NCBI GenBank assembly: GCA_013265495.1
Contig: MU058844.1
Span: forward strand, 4,207,535-4,271,534
Origin: Vicugna vicugna
Lineage: Eukaryota
Length of the DNA stretch: 64,000 bases
Direction: 5' to 3'
The position numbers and the translations under genes are program-made. Within the stretch, counting starts at the first letter, position 1; every line of letters begins with the position of its first letter. This document shows positions 24,953 to 38,150 of the stretch, in pieces. The notes under the pieces were generated by a model. That model made no database searches. It was not told the origin of the DNA and saw only the letters and a program-made list of their open reading frames with translations.

Positions 24953-25030
24953 AAGGCTAACCTTTCAGTCATTTTACTGCATTAATCTCAAGTCTTATAC
25001 AAGTGCCTATCACATCACTAATCACTCTTT

Positions 25031-25362
25031 TTTTTTTTAATTTAAAAAAAATTTTAATTGAAGGATAGTCAGTCTACAATGTGTATCTATTTCTGGTGTA
25101 CATCATAATGTTTCAGTCATAAATACATATATTTCTTTTCATATTCTTTTCATTATAGATTACTGTAAGATACTGAGTGTAGTTCCCTGTGCTATACAGT
25201 AGAAACTTGTGGTTTATCTATCTTATACACAGTAGTTAATATCTGAAAAATCTCAAACTCCCAATTTACCCCTTCCCACCACCCCTTCCCCACCTGGTAA
25301 CCATAAGTTTTTTTTTTTAAATGTCTGTGAGTCTGTTCCTGTTTTGTAAATAAGCTCATTTG
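25031..25362 (-). mobile_element. Short 5'-truncated cetartiodactyl/camelid L1 3' end
   Basis: Poly(T) head; gttccctgtgctatacagtag; TSD actaatcact(c/g)ttt at 25017-25030 and 25363-25376. Confidence 0.9.
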
Positions 25363-26109
25363 ACTAATCACTGTTTATGGGAATTATCTGCAATTAAGGG
25401 TAGAGAATGTTAATTTTTCACCTCCTGACCTAGCATAATGCTGGACATATATCATATATAAAAATAAAGGATTATCCATTCCTTTAAACTGACAAATCCT
25501 TCCTTCCTGTTTCTCCCATTCCTTACACATACCAGGTAAAAGTCTTGGTTAATATCAGCAACAATGAAGAAAATAGTAAGTATGATTATGTTGCTACATA
25601 CATTTCTATAGTTTATGAGTTTATTATTCTAAAATTAATCCCTCATTCTGGTTGTGAATGGTCTTTTATGTGGATTTTCACTTTGTTTTTTATATCATGA
25701 CTTGTTATAGGCAGGACTTAATGCAATTACTTCATAACAATGCAATAAAGTAAACTAAGAAAGTAATTGCATGTGAAAAATGGGACCAAGTGCAGAATGA
25801 AAGAAAAGTTAACATGAAGGTATGAATGAAGTTTGAACAAAAAACACAGAGAATAGATTCTTGACCTTGTTAGAGAAAGGCCACACATTTGTCGCTAAAC
25901 ATTGGAACAGAAACGCTAGAATAAGAAGACATACTCAGTGTCCTTAAGTTAAAACGTACCAGTTGCTCAGGAGGCCTTTCCTAAACTATTCCTCGCTGAA
26001 AACTGGGAAGGAGATCTCTCCCAGGCTTCTAAATAAAGAAGGGAATTTCACGCTTTGGATCTTAAGCTGTGCTGCCTTCTTGGGAAATAGGATCCTGTCA
26101 TCTCAAGAA

Positions 26110-26290
26110 CCCACATTTCAGAGTCATACTGAACTGGGTTCAAATCTTGGCTCCACCACTTACCAAATGGATGACCTTGAGATGTTCTTGATTTTGTTAC
26201 ATTTTTGTTAACTGGGATCATGAAAGTTACCTCCTGCAATTTTTATGAGGCTTAAAAGAAGTAGGATGTAAAACACTTGGCAGGGAGGAG
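26110..26290 (+). mobile_element. MIR SINE
   Basis: gagtcatactgaactgggttcaaatcttggctccaccacttacc. Confidence 0.75.
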
Positions 26291-27269
26291 ATACTCCTTG
26301 TTAGTTTCCTTCTCCTAATAATAATTACCTTTTAATATGGACCTTTAAGCAATCCTTTATTTGCAAACTGCTTATTGCCCCTTCCTGCTCCAGATCTAAA
26401 TTAATGTTCATTTTCAGCAACTCACAAGCTATTGAGTTGTCATTCTATAATTATAGAGTCACACACACATACTGCTTTATATTTAGCAATGTGACACATA
26501 TACATATTTAACTTATGTATATTTTATTTAAAACATTTAAAAACAGAAAAAGACTTAAAACAGCAATTTTCAAAAGTGTGAGGGATTATGCTCACTATTC
26601 CACTCAATAAACACAGGTCTCAGATTGAATTTGAGATGGGAGACTGAACACAGCTGTTTAAGCCTCAAAATCTTCCTTGATTTCTATCTGTCCCAGTCTG
26701 TGTCTCACAATGTGTGTGATTCGTGTGTGTAAAGACAGCCATTTGTCAACAATCGTGGCCCCTAAATCAAAGTTAACTTTCCTTCTAGTGCTAATCTGAG
26801 AGCTCCTTCTACCTTTGGAGGAAAAAAATGGACTTCTGGTGAGACAGCTGTTTGCTAGTAGACTATGAACTGAAATGTTGACTCTTTGTGATCACATGTA
26901 CAAACTAGAAGCATATTTTAAAACTTAGGTTGTAAATAAGGTAGAACTTCACTTATAACCTATTTTAGCAGGTGGAAAATCAGTGCTTGAAAAGTATTTG
27001 TTGAGAGAGGAAGGAAGAGAGAGGCAACGAGAGAGAGGAGATAGGCCTAGCCCTTTAATGGGCTTTCTGGTTACATAAAACCAAACATTCATATCTGTTC
27101 ATAACACCGGAATTCTTCAGCTCTGGTCTTCTCTTCCTAGCTGGGATATCAGATTCTCCTGGGAATTCCTCTAGATTCCTGTCTCTTCTCTTCTGAGCAG
27201 GAATCAAGACAATTCACTACATGTCCTTGTTGGACAACCTCAGCCTCAGATGGATAGAGATGAAGGAAC

Positions 27270-27415
27270 ACTAGGCTGGAGTCAGGAGGTCTGAGATCGA
27301 GTTCCACCCTCCTAACAGCTGTGCTAGCTCTGACAACAGGCCTAATCTTCTCTCCCTGGGCCTCGGTCCTTTCGTACCTGCAAAGAGGGAGCAGAACTAG
27401 ATGATCTCTCCAAGG
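27270..27415 (+). mobile_element. MIR/MIR3 SINE
   Basis: ggctggagtcaggaggtctgag...ccctgggcctcggtcc...actagatgatctct. Confidence 0.7.
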
Positions 27416-27809
27416 TCAGGTTAATAAATAGTTACTGGATTTACATTCCCCTTATTTTGGGTCTTGCCCAGATCATGAAGGCAGAAATACCGTCTCCTTC
27501 ATTCCTTAAGGATTTCAGAAGGGATTTCATTTCTTGCACACAATTGAAAATCTTTCTTTCTTCCCAACAGTGAGAGGTTTTTTTTTTAACTCAAGCTGAA
27601 ATTAATTTAATAGTTTTTAGACCTTTTTCAATAAAAAAGGATTCTGTGTCTTCCTATTTTATATTCATATCTGAAAATATGCTAATAATATACAAAAAAA
27701 CCTGTCTGTATAGCTCATAATTGCCTAAATGTTAAACAAATTAGAACCATATTTGACTAGTGTATCTTAGGTTGATTTTTTTTGAGAAGGATCTTGTGAT
27801 ATATTGACA

Positions 27810-30167
27810 CAGGAATACATCGGAGATACTGGTTTTGGTTCCAAACCACCACAATAAAACAAATACATCACCATAAAGTGAATTACATGAATTTTTTAGT
27901 GTCCCAGTGCAGATAAAAGTTATGTTTACACTATACTATAGTGTATTAAGTGTGTAATAGCATTACGTCTAAAGAAACAATGTGTATATGTTAATTAAAA
28001 ATACTTTATTGCTAAAAAATCCTAACTGAGCCTTGAGCGAGGTGTCGATGTTGATGGCTACTGACTGATCAGGGTGGTTTTTGCTGAAGGTTGGGATGAC
28101 AGTGGCAATTTCTTAAAATAAGACAACAATAAAGTTTGCTGCATTGATTGACTCTTCCTTTATGAATGATTTCTCTGTAGCCTGCAATTCTGTTTGATAG
28201 CATTTTACTCACAGTTGAACTTTCAAAATTGGAGTCAATTCTCTTAAACCCTGCTACTGCCTTATCACCTAAGTTTATGTCACATTCTAAATCCTTTGCT
28301 GTCATTTCTACAATCTACACAGCATCTTCACTAGGAGTAGATTCCATCTCAAGGAACTACTTTCATTGTTCATCAGTAAGAAGCAACTCGAATCCATTCA
28401 AGTTTTATCATGAATTATTGCAGCAAGTCAGTCACACCTTCAGGCTCCATTTCTAATTCTTGTTCTCTTGCTATTTCCACCACATCTGCAGTTCCTTCCT
28501 CCACTGAAGTCTTGAACCCCTCAAAGTCATCCATGAGAGTTGAAATCAACTTCTTCCAAACTCCTGTTAATGTTGATGTTTTGACCTCTTCCCATGAATC
28601 ACAAATACTCACATAATGTTTTCTGTAATATTCACAAATAATGACATTTAGACTGGTGAATCCTTTCCAGAAGGTTTTTCAAACTACTTTGTTCAGATCC
28701 ATCAGAAGAATCAAGATCTATGGCAGCTACAGCCTTATAAAATGTATTTTTTCAGTAAGACTTGAAATCAAAATTCTTCCCTGATTGATGGGCTGCAGAA
28801 GGATGTTGCGTTAGTCATGAAAACAACATTAATCTCTTTGTACATCTCCCTCAGAGCTCTTGACTAACTCAGAACATTGCCATTGAGCAATAATATTTTG
28901 AAAGAAATATTTCTTTTTCTGAGAGCTCTGAACAGTGGGTTTAAAATATTCAGTAAACCATGCTGTAAACAGATGTGCTGTCATGAGGCTTTGTCTTTCC
29001 ATTTATAAAGCACATGCAGATTTGATTTAGCGTAATTCTTGAGGGCCCAACGATTTGAGGAGTGACAAGTGAGCATTGGCTTCAAGTCACCAGCTGCATT
29101 AGCCCCTAACAAGAGAGTCAGCCTGTCCTCTGAAGCTTTGAAGCCAAGCATTGATTTCTCTCTAGCTCTGAAACTCCTAGATGGCATCTTCTTCCAATAG
29201 AAGGCTATTTTGTCTGCACTGAAAATCTGTTGTTTAATGTCGCTACCATCATTAATTATCTTAGCAAGATCTTCTGGAGAACTTGCTCCAGTTTCTACAT
29301 CAGCATTGCTGCTTCATCTTGCACTTTTATGCTGTGGAGACGGCGTTTCTCTCCTGAAATCTCATGAACCAAACTTGCTAGTTTCAAACTTTTCTGCAGC
29401 TTCCTCCCCTCTCCCAGCCTCCATGGAAGAGAAAAGAGTTAGGACCTTACTTGAGCTTAGGCTTTTGGCTGGTTTGATCTTCTGTCCAGACCACTACAGC
29501 TTTCTCCTTGTCAGCAGTAAGTTTGTTTCATTTTCTTATTACTTATGTGTTCACTGGACTAGTACTTGAATTTTCTTCAAGAACTTCTCCTTTACATTCA
29601 CAATTTGGCTAACTGTTTGGCACAAGAGGCCTAGCTATTGGCCTATCTCGGCTTTCAGCATACCTTCTTCACTAACCTTAATTATTTCTAGCTTTTGATG
29701 TGCAATTCTTCCTTTAACATTTTTGAACACTTAAGAGGCCACTGTACGGTTGTTAACTGGTCTAAGTCCAACATTGTTGTGTCACAGGGAATAGGGAGGC
29801 CCAAGGATGGGAAGAGAAATGGGGGAACAGCCAGTTGGTGGAGCAGTCAGAACACACACAACATTTATCAATTAAGTTTGTGCTTTTATATGGGCATGGC
29901 TCAGGGTGACCCCAAAGAGTTACAATAGTAACATTAGGGTTCACAGATCACCATGACAAATATAATAATAATGGTAAAGTTAGAAATGTTTTGTGAATTA
30001 TCAAAATGTGACAGAGACATGAAGTGAGCAAACACTGTTGGAAAAATGATGCTGATAGACTTGCTCAATTTGTAATAAACACAATAAAACCTTTAATCTG
30101 TGATAAAAACAATACTATGAAGTGTACTTATAAATAAAGTGTACTATGATAAAATGAGGTATGTCTT
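27810..30167 (-). mobile_element. Tigger1 (TcMar-Tigger) DNA transposon, near full length, decayed transposase
   Basis: Both TIRs present (caggaatacatcg... / ...tgaggtatgtctt, followed by TA). ORFs 28981-29187 ([20 protein letters not shown]) and 28415-28612 ([17 protein letters not shown]...[12 protein letters not shown]) are Tigger1/TIGD1-type transposase pieces. Confidence 0.95.
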
Positions 30168-30229
30168 TATATTACATTTTTAAAGGGTGGAATTTCATCT
30201 CTGAAGACTGACAAAGGGTCATGGCTAAT

Positions 30230-30802
30230 TACGATAGACACCATCCATTGCCTACACACTTACATTCCCTCCTCTCTCCTTTCTTGCTAGTAGAACCCCT
30301 GCTAAGTGCAGCTACCATGCCAAAGATGGTCCTACTGGAAAACTTGACCCTTGTTCCAGTTTCGGACGATGAACTATCAATGGTCTGAATTAAGCACAGT
30401 AATGCCACTCCTTTTCCTCCATCCCCTGCCCTGTAGTGATTTATGTCTGGGCATTATGTGGCCCAGTTCTGACCAAGGGGATGTAAAGAAGGTGTGATAG
30501 ATAGAAGCTTCCAGAAAATTTTGCTCTCTTAATTAAACAAATTAAAGGACAGACTCAGTTGGTGGGCTCTTCAATCTATTTATGTCCCTCCTTTCATGCC
30601 TATAGAGTAGATACCAAACCTCTGAGTACTGTGAATATCTTGTGAGTATGAGGCAATAAAGAATGGAAGCTGACCTTCCCAGGATGGTCACCAGCCTGGG
30701 GCTGCCTAATGCTTGACTTCTTGTTATGTGAGACAAATAAATCTCTCTTTGTTTTATCCACTCTAGCTTTACTTGTAGCTGAATGCACTCCTAAATGATA
30801 CA
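30230..30802 (+). mobile_element. ERVL solo LTR (LTR33-like)
   Basis: 5' cattccctcctctctcctttcttgctagtagaacccc; 3' aataaa...ttacttgtagctgaatgcactcctaaatgataca. Confidence 0.65.
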
Positions 30803-31099
30803 GCTACCAATATGAACAGAGATACTTACATAACATGATAACAAGGATGGATTTCTGAGAATCTCCAGATTTTGAATGGTTAGATTAAGACATTTAAATG
30901 CCAAGACCCCACAAATTCGATGCTTGAAAGCACAGCATAATTAATTGCATCTAAAAGAAGAAAGAAAGAATGTATGGTTTTGGAAAACTAGGGTAGAAAG
31001 GACAGGTCTCAGTGGCCTACTAAGTTCAGAAATTTTTAATCAGGCTGAAAGCACATCTTCGGTTATTGGGCAAAAGTAAATGTTAGTCATTTTAATGAT

Positions 31100-31350
31100 G
31101 TTGATGATGGTAAAATGATAATATTCACTTTTATTAACTGTTTACTAAATGGTAAATATTTTGCTAAGCTCTTTATAATCATTATCTTAATTAATCCTCA
31201 CAAGTCCATGAAGTACTACTTTTCCCATTTTGTAGACAAAGGTACTGAGGTTGGAATAGGTAAAGCAACCTGCCCAAATTCACACAGAGAGTTGTGGTGG
31301 AGCTCAAACCCAGACAATCTCACGCTAATCTGTCCTATTTACCACTAAAC
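31100..31350 (-). mobile_element. MIR SINE
   Basis: ttaatcctcacaag...cccattttgtagacaaaggtactgagg...acctgcccaaattcacacag. Confidence 0.75.
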
Positions 31351-31518
31351 TAGTTCAACGGAGTTTATTCCTCTACTTTAGTTCTAATTATTCTAATTGT
31401 GACACAGTCTCGACTTCTTAAAAAAAATGTAAGTACAATACAAAGAAGTTTTTTCCTAAACATTTGAGAATAAGTTGCCAACATGATGCCCTGCTCACCC
31501 CTCAAATACTTCAGTGTA

Positions 31519-32015
31519 TGTAGTGGCTGGAATGCTGAGGCCACCCTGGCCCTGCCAAAAGAAAGATTTGTCCAATTCCTAACCACTGGTACCTGTGAAT
31601 GTAGCCTTACTGAGAAATAGGGAATTTGCACATGCAATTAAGTGAAGAATCTCGAGATGAGATCATTCTGGATTTAGGGTGAGGCCTAAATCCAATGACT
31701 ATCATCATTATAAGAGAAAGGAGTGGGAGATTTGAGATACTCAGATACAAAGGAGAGACACAGGGGAAACAAGTGAAGACAGAGGTAGAGACTGGAGTGA
31801 TGCATCTCTAAGCCAAGGAATGCCAAGTCCTGTGGAAGTCACAAGAAGCTAAGAAAGAGGCATGGAACAGATCCTCCCTCAGAACCTCCAGAAGAGACCA
31901 ACCCTGCTGACATTCTGCTTTCAGACTCGTGGCTCCAAAACTGTGAAAGAATCAACGTATGTAAAGCCACCCACTTTGTGATAATTTAAGTCGGTAACTC
32001 TAGGAATCTGATACA
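31519..32015 (+). mobile_element. MLT1C-like solo LTR
   Basis: TG...CA ends; TSD gtgta / gtgtg; agccaaggaatgcca; ctccctcagaacctccagaag. Confidence 0.85.
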
Positions 32016-32736
32016 GTGTGTAATTTCTCCAAACAAGTACACTCTCCTAGAAAAACCACAATATAACCACTAAAATCAGGGAATTAATATAGATCCACCA
32101 CTACTGTCTAATCCATTCAGTTTCACCAATTGTCCTAACCATATCCTTAATAATCCTTAATAATCCAATTTGGAATCACATTTTGCATTTGTGCCTTGTC
32201 TCTTTAGATTCCTAAAACTGCAATAGCCTTTCCTTGGCTTTTCTGACCTTGACAATTTTGAAAAGTATAGATCACAGATATTTTTGTAGAATGACTCTAA
32301 ATTTGAGTTTCTTCAATGTTTTCTTATGATTAGATTCAGGTAACGTGTCTTCGGCAGGATCTCTGGAGAAGAGATGTGTTCTTCTCATTGCATTGTATCA
32401 GGTGATGCACAGTTCATGCTGTCCCATTACTGATTATGTTCCCTGATCACTTGGGGCAGTGGCTGTCAGTATTCTCCATTGTAGAATTATTAGTTTTTCC
32501 TTTGTCATTAATAATTACTCTATTGAGAGTTACTTTGAGACTGCTTATACCATATCCCCCATCAAAAAATATGGACTCACATTTTTGCTATTTTATTGAA
32601 GATTCATAATGTTACTATTATTTTAAATTATGCACCCTTTGGCCAGTATGAGACCTTTCACATTGACTTTCTCTCCTTTTAACATATCCACATCATTCTG
32701 TAGGCACCTTCTTTCTGGCACAAAAAGATGTCTTAG

Positions 32737-33384
32737 AGCATATATCCAGAGAAAACTCTAACTTGAAAAGATACTTGCCGATACTCACAGCAGCACTATT
32801 TACAATAGCCAAGACATGGAAACAATCTACATGTCTATCAACATATGAATGGATAAAGAAAATGTGGTGTGTGCATATATATATATACACACACACACAC
32901 ATATATACAATGGAACACCACTCAGCCATGAAAAAAGAATGAAATAATGTAATTTGCAGCAGCATGGATGGGCCTAGAGAGTACCATACTAAGTGAAGTA
33001 AGTCAAACAGAGAAAGACAAATATCATATGATATCATTTATATGTGGAATCTAAAAAAATGATGCAAATTTATTTATAAAACAGAAAGAGACTCAGATAT
33101 AGAAAACAAACTTATGGTTATGGAAAGAGGATGGGGAGGGAGGGATAAATTGGGAATTGGGATCAGCTGATACAAACTACTATGTACATAATAGATAAAC
33201 AACAAGGTCCTACTGTATAGCACAGGAAATTATATTCAATGACTTGTAGTAACCTATAGCAAATCAATGTGAAATATAAATATAAATATGTATATATACT
33301 GAATCACTATGCTGTACACCAGAAACTAATACATTTTAAACCAATTTTAAATCAACTATACTTTGATAAAAAAAAACTTTTTTT
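32737..33384 (+). mobile_element. 5'-truncated cetartiodactyl L1 3' end with an internal (TA)n(CA)n microsatellite
   Basis: gcagcactatttacaatagccaagacatgg; aacaaggtcctactgtatagcacagg; imperfect TSD aaaagatgtcttag / aaaagatatcccag. Confidence 0.9.
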
Positions 33385-34376
33385 AAAAGATATCCCAGAA
33401 TCACTTTGCTCTTTCCCCTGTCCCAGCCTTGAAATCAGTCATTTACTGGAGGATGGTATTTAAAACTCAAGATCTGACTGCTAGGTGTTCTTGAGCCTAC
33501 TGACATATAGTTGCCTCTCACCTTCCCAACACTCACATACTCGCTTATATTAATATTTATATATTTTTTATCTACATAGATTAAAAACTATGGGTTCATA
33601 ATTCCAACTAAATAAGACAGAGCTCCTTCTAGTTTATTTCCTTTTCCATCCTTAGAATTCTCTTATCTGAAGGTGAGAAATCGGCTCCCATTATCTTCAT
33701 ACTTTTACTGATTTACTCAATCCCAGGGTAGGTAACAAATCTCTCATTGCTTCTGCCACCTTCTTCCCTACATAGGTACACTTCACCCCTTTTGGGCTCT
33801 CATTCACTGAACCAGACCTCTCCCCATACAGACACCCTGCTCATCTGCCTGGTTCTGACACCCCTGATCAAGGAAGCTTCCTCACCCTGCACTCCTTACC
33901 TTGTGGGGCTTAGATGCTCTCCTAAAAGGACACCTCCTTACTCTACTAGGGTCCTGACATCCCAGGTCAGCCTGCCCCTGACCTCCATACTCTGAACTGG
34001 CTCCGACGCCCAATGCTAGGTCCGCCTCCATGGGTGGACACCCTCTTTACCCTACCCAAGCTGACACACCTATAATGAGGTGTCCTGCCATGTGGATGCC
34101 ATCCTTCTCCCACCAGGGCTCTGACACTTGCACCAGCTCTGACACTCACATTGAGGCTGTGGCATTCCATGCTCAGAATGTGGACACCTCCTCAGATTAC
34201 TCATGCTCTGGGCTGCCCTCCTGCGTGATGCTCTCCTCATCCTACTTGGGCTCTGACACCTTGTATCTGGCTGCCCCCTTCAGGGGAAACTCTCCTTACC
34301 TGCTTGCACTCTGGGATATTGGGCCATCACAGCATCCCTCACTCTCTAGCACAGACATCTATCTTCATCAATCTCA

Positions 34377-34862
34377 CTTTGTAGATGCACTCAAGAGTGT
34401 GGACCTTGAGATGGAGAGATTATCCTCGATTCTCTGGATGGGCCCAATCAAATTACTTAAGTCCTTAAAGGCAGAGAACCTTTCCTGGCTGCAGTCAGAG
34501 AGATGAGACAATAGAAGATACCAGAGAGATCTGAGCGTGAGAAGAGCTTGCCCTGCCATTTCTGACTTGGAAGATGAAGGAAGAGGGCCATCAGCCAAGA
34601 GAATACCCATCCTCTGGAAGCTGGTAATAGCTCTCAGCTAAGAGACAATAAGAAGGCGAGTACTTCAGTCTTACAACAGGAAATGAATTCACCTAACACA
34701 GCTCCGTAAGTGAACACAGCTCTGCCAACACTTTGATTTTAGATTTGTGAAGTTGGAGCAGAGGAATCATATGAGCCCATCAGACTTCTGACCTATCATG
34801 AGATAATAAATTTATATTGCTTAATTAAGCCATTAAATTTGTTACAGCAGCATTAGGACACA
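34377..34862 (+). mobile_element. MLT1D/E-like LTR, 5'-truncated
   Basis: gaccttgagatggagagattatcctcgatt...gggcccaatc...tttgttacagcagca. Confidence 0.8.
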
Positions 34863-37800
34863 TTTGGCAGTTTCTAGGCAATATCCAAAGTGAGAAATAT
34901 TATATTACTTGCTATTATTTGATATCTCCTATGTTTGTAGCTAATAATTTATTATTATAAAATTATTTCTCTAATCTCTAATGACTCTTTTTAGCTCTAA
35001 CATTCTCATCCAATAGTTTATGAGTTTTAAAGCTCAGAGTCTCTATTTTCTTTTCTTTTTTTAAGGAGAAGGAGTTTACATGGAGTTTTATTAGAGTGAA
35101 AGGTTTGTGAAGGTTCAGTAGTTTAAAATGGAAAAAAAAATTTGTTGGTACTCTTCCCACTTCTGGAAATGTTCAAAGAGGCTTTCTTAGTCAATTTTCT
35201 TCATCTCATCTTGAGGACTTCTGTGATAAGGGATAGGGCAATGTTTTGGAGACTGATTTTTTTTTGATGACCACAGGGTTTCCAGTCCTCTTGCCTTTAA
35301 ATCCGTATGATTTTAACTAGTCTATTAAGTTGTGCTCAGTAGGGTTTAAGCAGAAGGCAACTTTATTGTTTCTCAACAACTTCCATTAAACCTACTCTGC
35401 TGGCTCCTTCTTCTATCCTGGATAAAGTCTCCAGAAGATACCACAGCTTTTAAGATACTACCTGGTGTGAAAACATAATCTCATTTTTTTTTCTATAATA
35501 ACAAGTCCAGTTCAACCCACAATGGAAACTTAACTTTCTAATTCTTAGCTGTTTTTTGGCCTTTTCCCTTCTTTGCTCTTCCACTCCTTTCTCCTAACAC
35601 TGAGTCCTCCTGGCAGCGGGAAGGAAGAGATGGAAGGAGACAGACAGTTCTTATTAGTCTTGTTTGACAGTAATCAGGCATTGGTGATTTCTGGATATGT
35701 CAGATGACCAAATGCTTTTTTCATGTGATGTTTCTGGGGCCCCTTAGAGATCATCTTGCTGGGATTTTGAATTGCTGCTCCCTGGCACTTGTGATATTTC
35801 CTCTAGCCAGCCAGATGTGATTGCTCTCTAGCCCCTAGCCTGTGGCGATCCATCCTCTTATGTTAAACGGTCGCCCTCCAGGAAGACTTTTTATGGGAAA
35901 TCTGCCTGTGGGGCTCACAATAGACTACTTACCAAGGGTCACCTCTAGTCCATAGAAAAAAACAAACAAAAAACATGTCTTTGTTTCAATGTTCATGGAA
36001 GTTCCCTTTGCTCCTTCTCAAATTCTCTCTCTTCCCTTGGCATTTGGCAGAAACTTCTAGTCATTTAGCATTTCCAGATATGAGCTAGGTTCTAGTTTTT
36101 ATGTTTTCCTGAATCTCAGAATTCATAGGCCAAACATTTTTAGTGGCTTCCTGACGTCTGCTTCTCTCGAGAAGACTTCCTCAAACCGAGGAATTTAACA
36201 AGAAATGGGGTCACTCTCTCTAAATAATCCTTACTCTCCCGATCACTTCCTATTGAATTCTTCTTTCATACACATTGGCAGAACTTTATTTTTTTTTTTG
36301 CCACTACCTTTATAAATGGTCCATCCTGCTTTAACCCTGGGAGCACTTTATACATATTATTCTCAGCTTTGGGGCATTGACCTAAACTTCCAGAAAGAGC
36401 CATAGTTTGATATCCTATTACACTTCTCCAAATGCTCTATTGCCATGATAGTGCCTTGCAAGTTGAAAGTCAAAGTTCACCTGAAATCAGTGTAACTGCC
36501 AGCACCCTAAGAGCGTGTGTTTAGAAAGCACCCATCCACCGCCTGATCTTGCTGTTTAGTTTCATTAAAAGGAAAGGAAATACAAGACTATTTTCTGAGG
36601 GAAGCTTCCAGAGAGAGAGTTCTGCTGCCTGAGGTTGACTAAGTAAACCCTTGTACAACTCTGAATTGTTTTAAAATCCAGTGGATTAGAGAAACGCTTG
36701 TTAGAATCACTCTTCCAAATACAGGGAATTTGCCACTGTTCACTTAAGAGTTTTCCTTTTTCAGTATATATGTCATCCAGATTAAGGAGGCTTACATTTT
36801 TGGTACTTCTTTATCCAAATTCATGATTTATTGAATCAGTGAACTGCGAATAAAAACAGATAATTCATGTCTAATATATGTAGAATCTCGTTGGGTTGAG
36901 AAAACAAAAGGGATTTACTGATTGAAAGGCTCATAAGATTATGATGGATAACAAACGATGCTATTTATCTTTACAAAACATGTAATGTGAGATTCTATAC
37001 ATGAGGCATTACTAAAAAAAATGCTTAAAACAATTATTCTTGATTAAAAGCTTAAAGTCACATGGTTTGGTGAGCATGCAGTGAGAATTGAGGTTGGCTG
37101 CCACCCAGGAGGACCTAGATCAAAGGCTATATCTTGATGCAAAATCTTGATCTTCACAAAGGCACCTCAGGATATGGAGAAGCTGTGATGTTAACTTATA
37201 AACTTGCTGAATCAAAATTCCATATTAGATTCAGCTTTCCCATTGGACTCATATTATACAATTAAGGAGTATTCTTCCAGTAAGAGAAATCTATCTAATT
37301 TATACTTATTAACAATACCTCTTAAAATACTCAGAGTTCGAGAAAGAAGTTGCTGGTCCCAATAATATGACTCAAAGTGAGATACAGAACCTAAAATAAA
37401 ATATATATACTCAAAATTAGGCACTGTCAGGTGAGATGGAAGTGGCCAAGCAGCAGAGAGTACTTTGGTGGTAGCAAATTCAAATCATTTTTATTTTGTC
37501 CAAATTTCCAGTCTGCTTTTTTCTCTTTTCTCTAGATATCTACTTGGTCATTCTTTCCTACTTTTTCCATACTTCAAGACCCTCTATCGTCTCCAGCATC
37601 TTAAAACCCAACTTGCTCTCTCTCTCATGTCCTATTTCCTCAAGAGTCGGTCAAGGATCAATCATGTTTATGTGGTGAACTATTTCATGCTAAAGTGTTC
37701 ATGGTTGGCTAAAGCTTTATGTCATTTACTTCATCTGACAAATTATGTGGGTGTTTTTTGTAACTTCTGTAAAGATTATGACTAAATAATAAAAATTTCA

Positions 37801-37919
37801 GTCACTTACCATGCAAGCTGGTAAGGAAGATGTTTTGGGAACAGTACTTTGGGTAGACTATAGACTGTATTTTTTATGGGGCATCAGCTCTACTTGTGAG
37901 ATCTTTGGTGATAAGAAGT

Positions 37920-38150
37920 GATGTAAGGGGCTAAGCGTATAGACTTAGGAGCCAGAACATTTATGTTCAAGTTCTCACTCTGCCACTCACTTGCTACGTG
38001 AATGCAGAAGCTATTTCCCTCTGCATCTCTATTAGGGTTTTATAGTGCCTACCTCACAGAATTCTTGTGAGGATAAATAAATGAACACATATGAAAATGA
38101 TCTGAATGGTACCTGGCACATCCTGAGTGCTACCTGTGTGTATACTATTG
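37920..38150 (+). mobile_element. MIR SINE followed by a (TTG/TTA)n tract to ~38186
   Basis: gacttaggagccaga...ctctgccactcacttgct...cctacctcacagaattcttgtgaggataaa...cctggcaca. Confidence 0.8.

Larger units (their letters stand above)
31385..34370 (-). mobile_element. L1MC3/4-like 3'UTR hosting two younger insertions and ending in a degenerate C-rich repeat
   Basis: The host reads continuously across the inserts (aaatacttcagtgt|...|gtgtaatttct; ctggcacaaaaagat|...|cccagaatcactttgc...cagccttgaaatcagtcattt). Confidence 0.7.

Noticed and set aside
28069..29569. TIGD1-like protein-coding gene
   Set aside because: Fragments are in different frames with stops and are bounded by Tigger1 TIRs, so this is a decayed transposon.
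34030..34506. Longest ORF (158 aa) as a novel protein
   Set aside because: It runs across a degenerate C-rich repeat into an MLT1D-like LTR; stop depletion is compositional.
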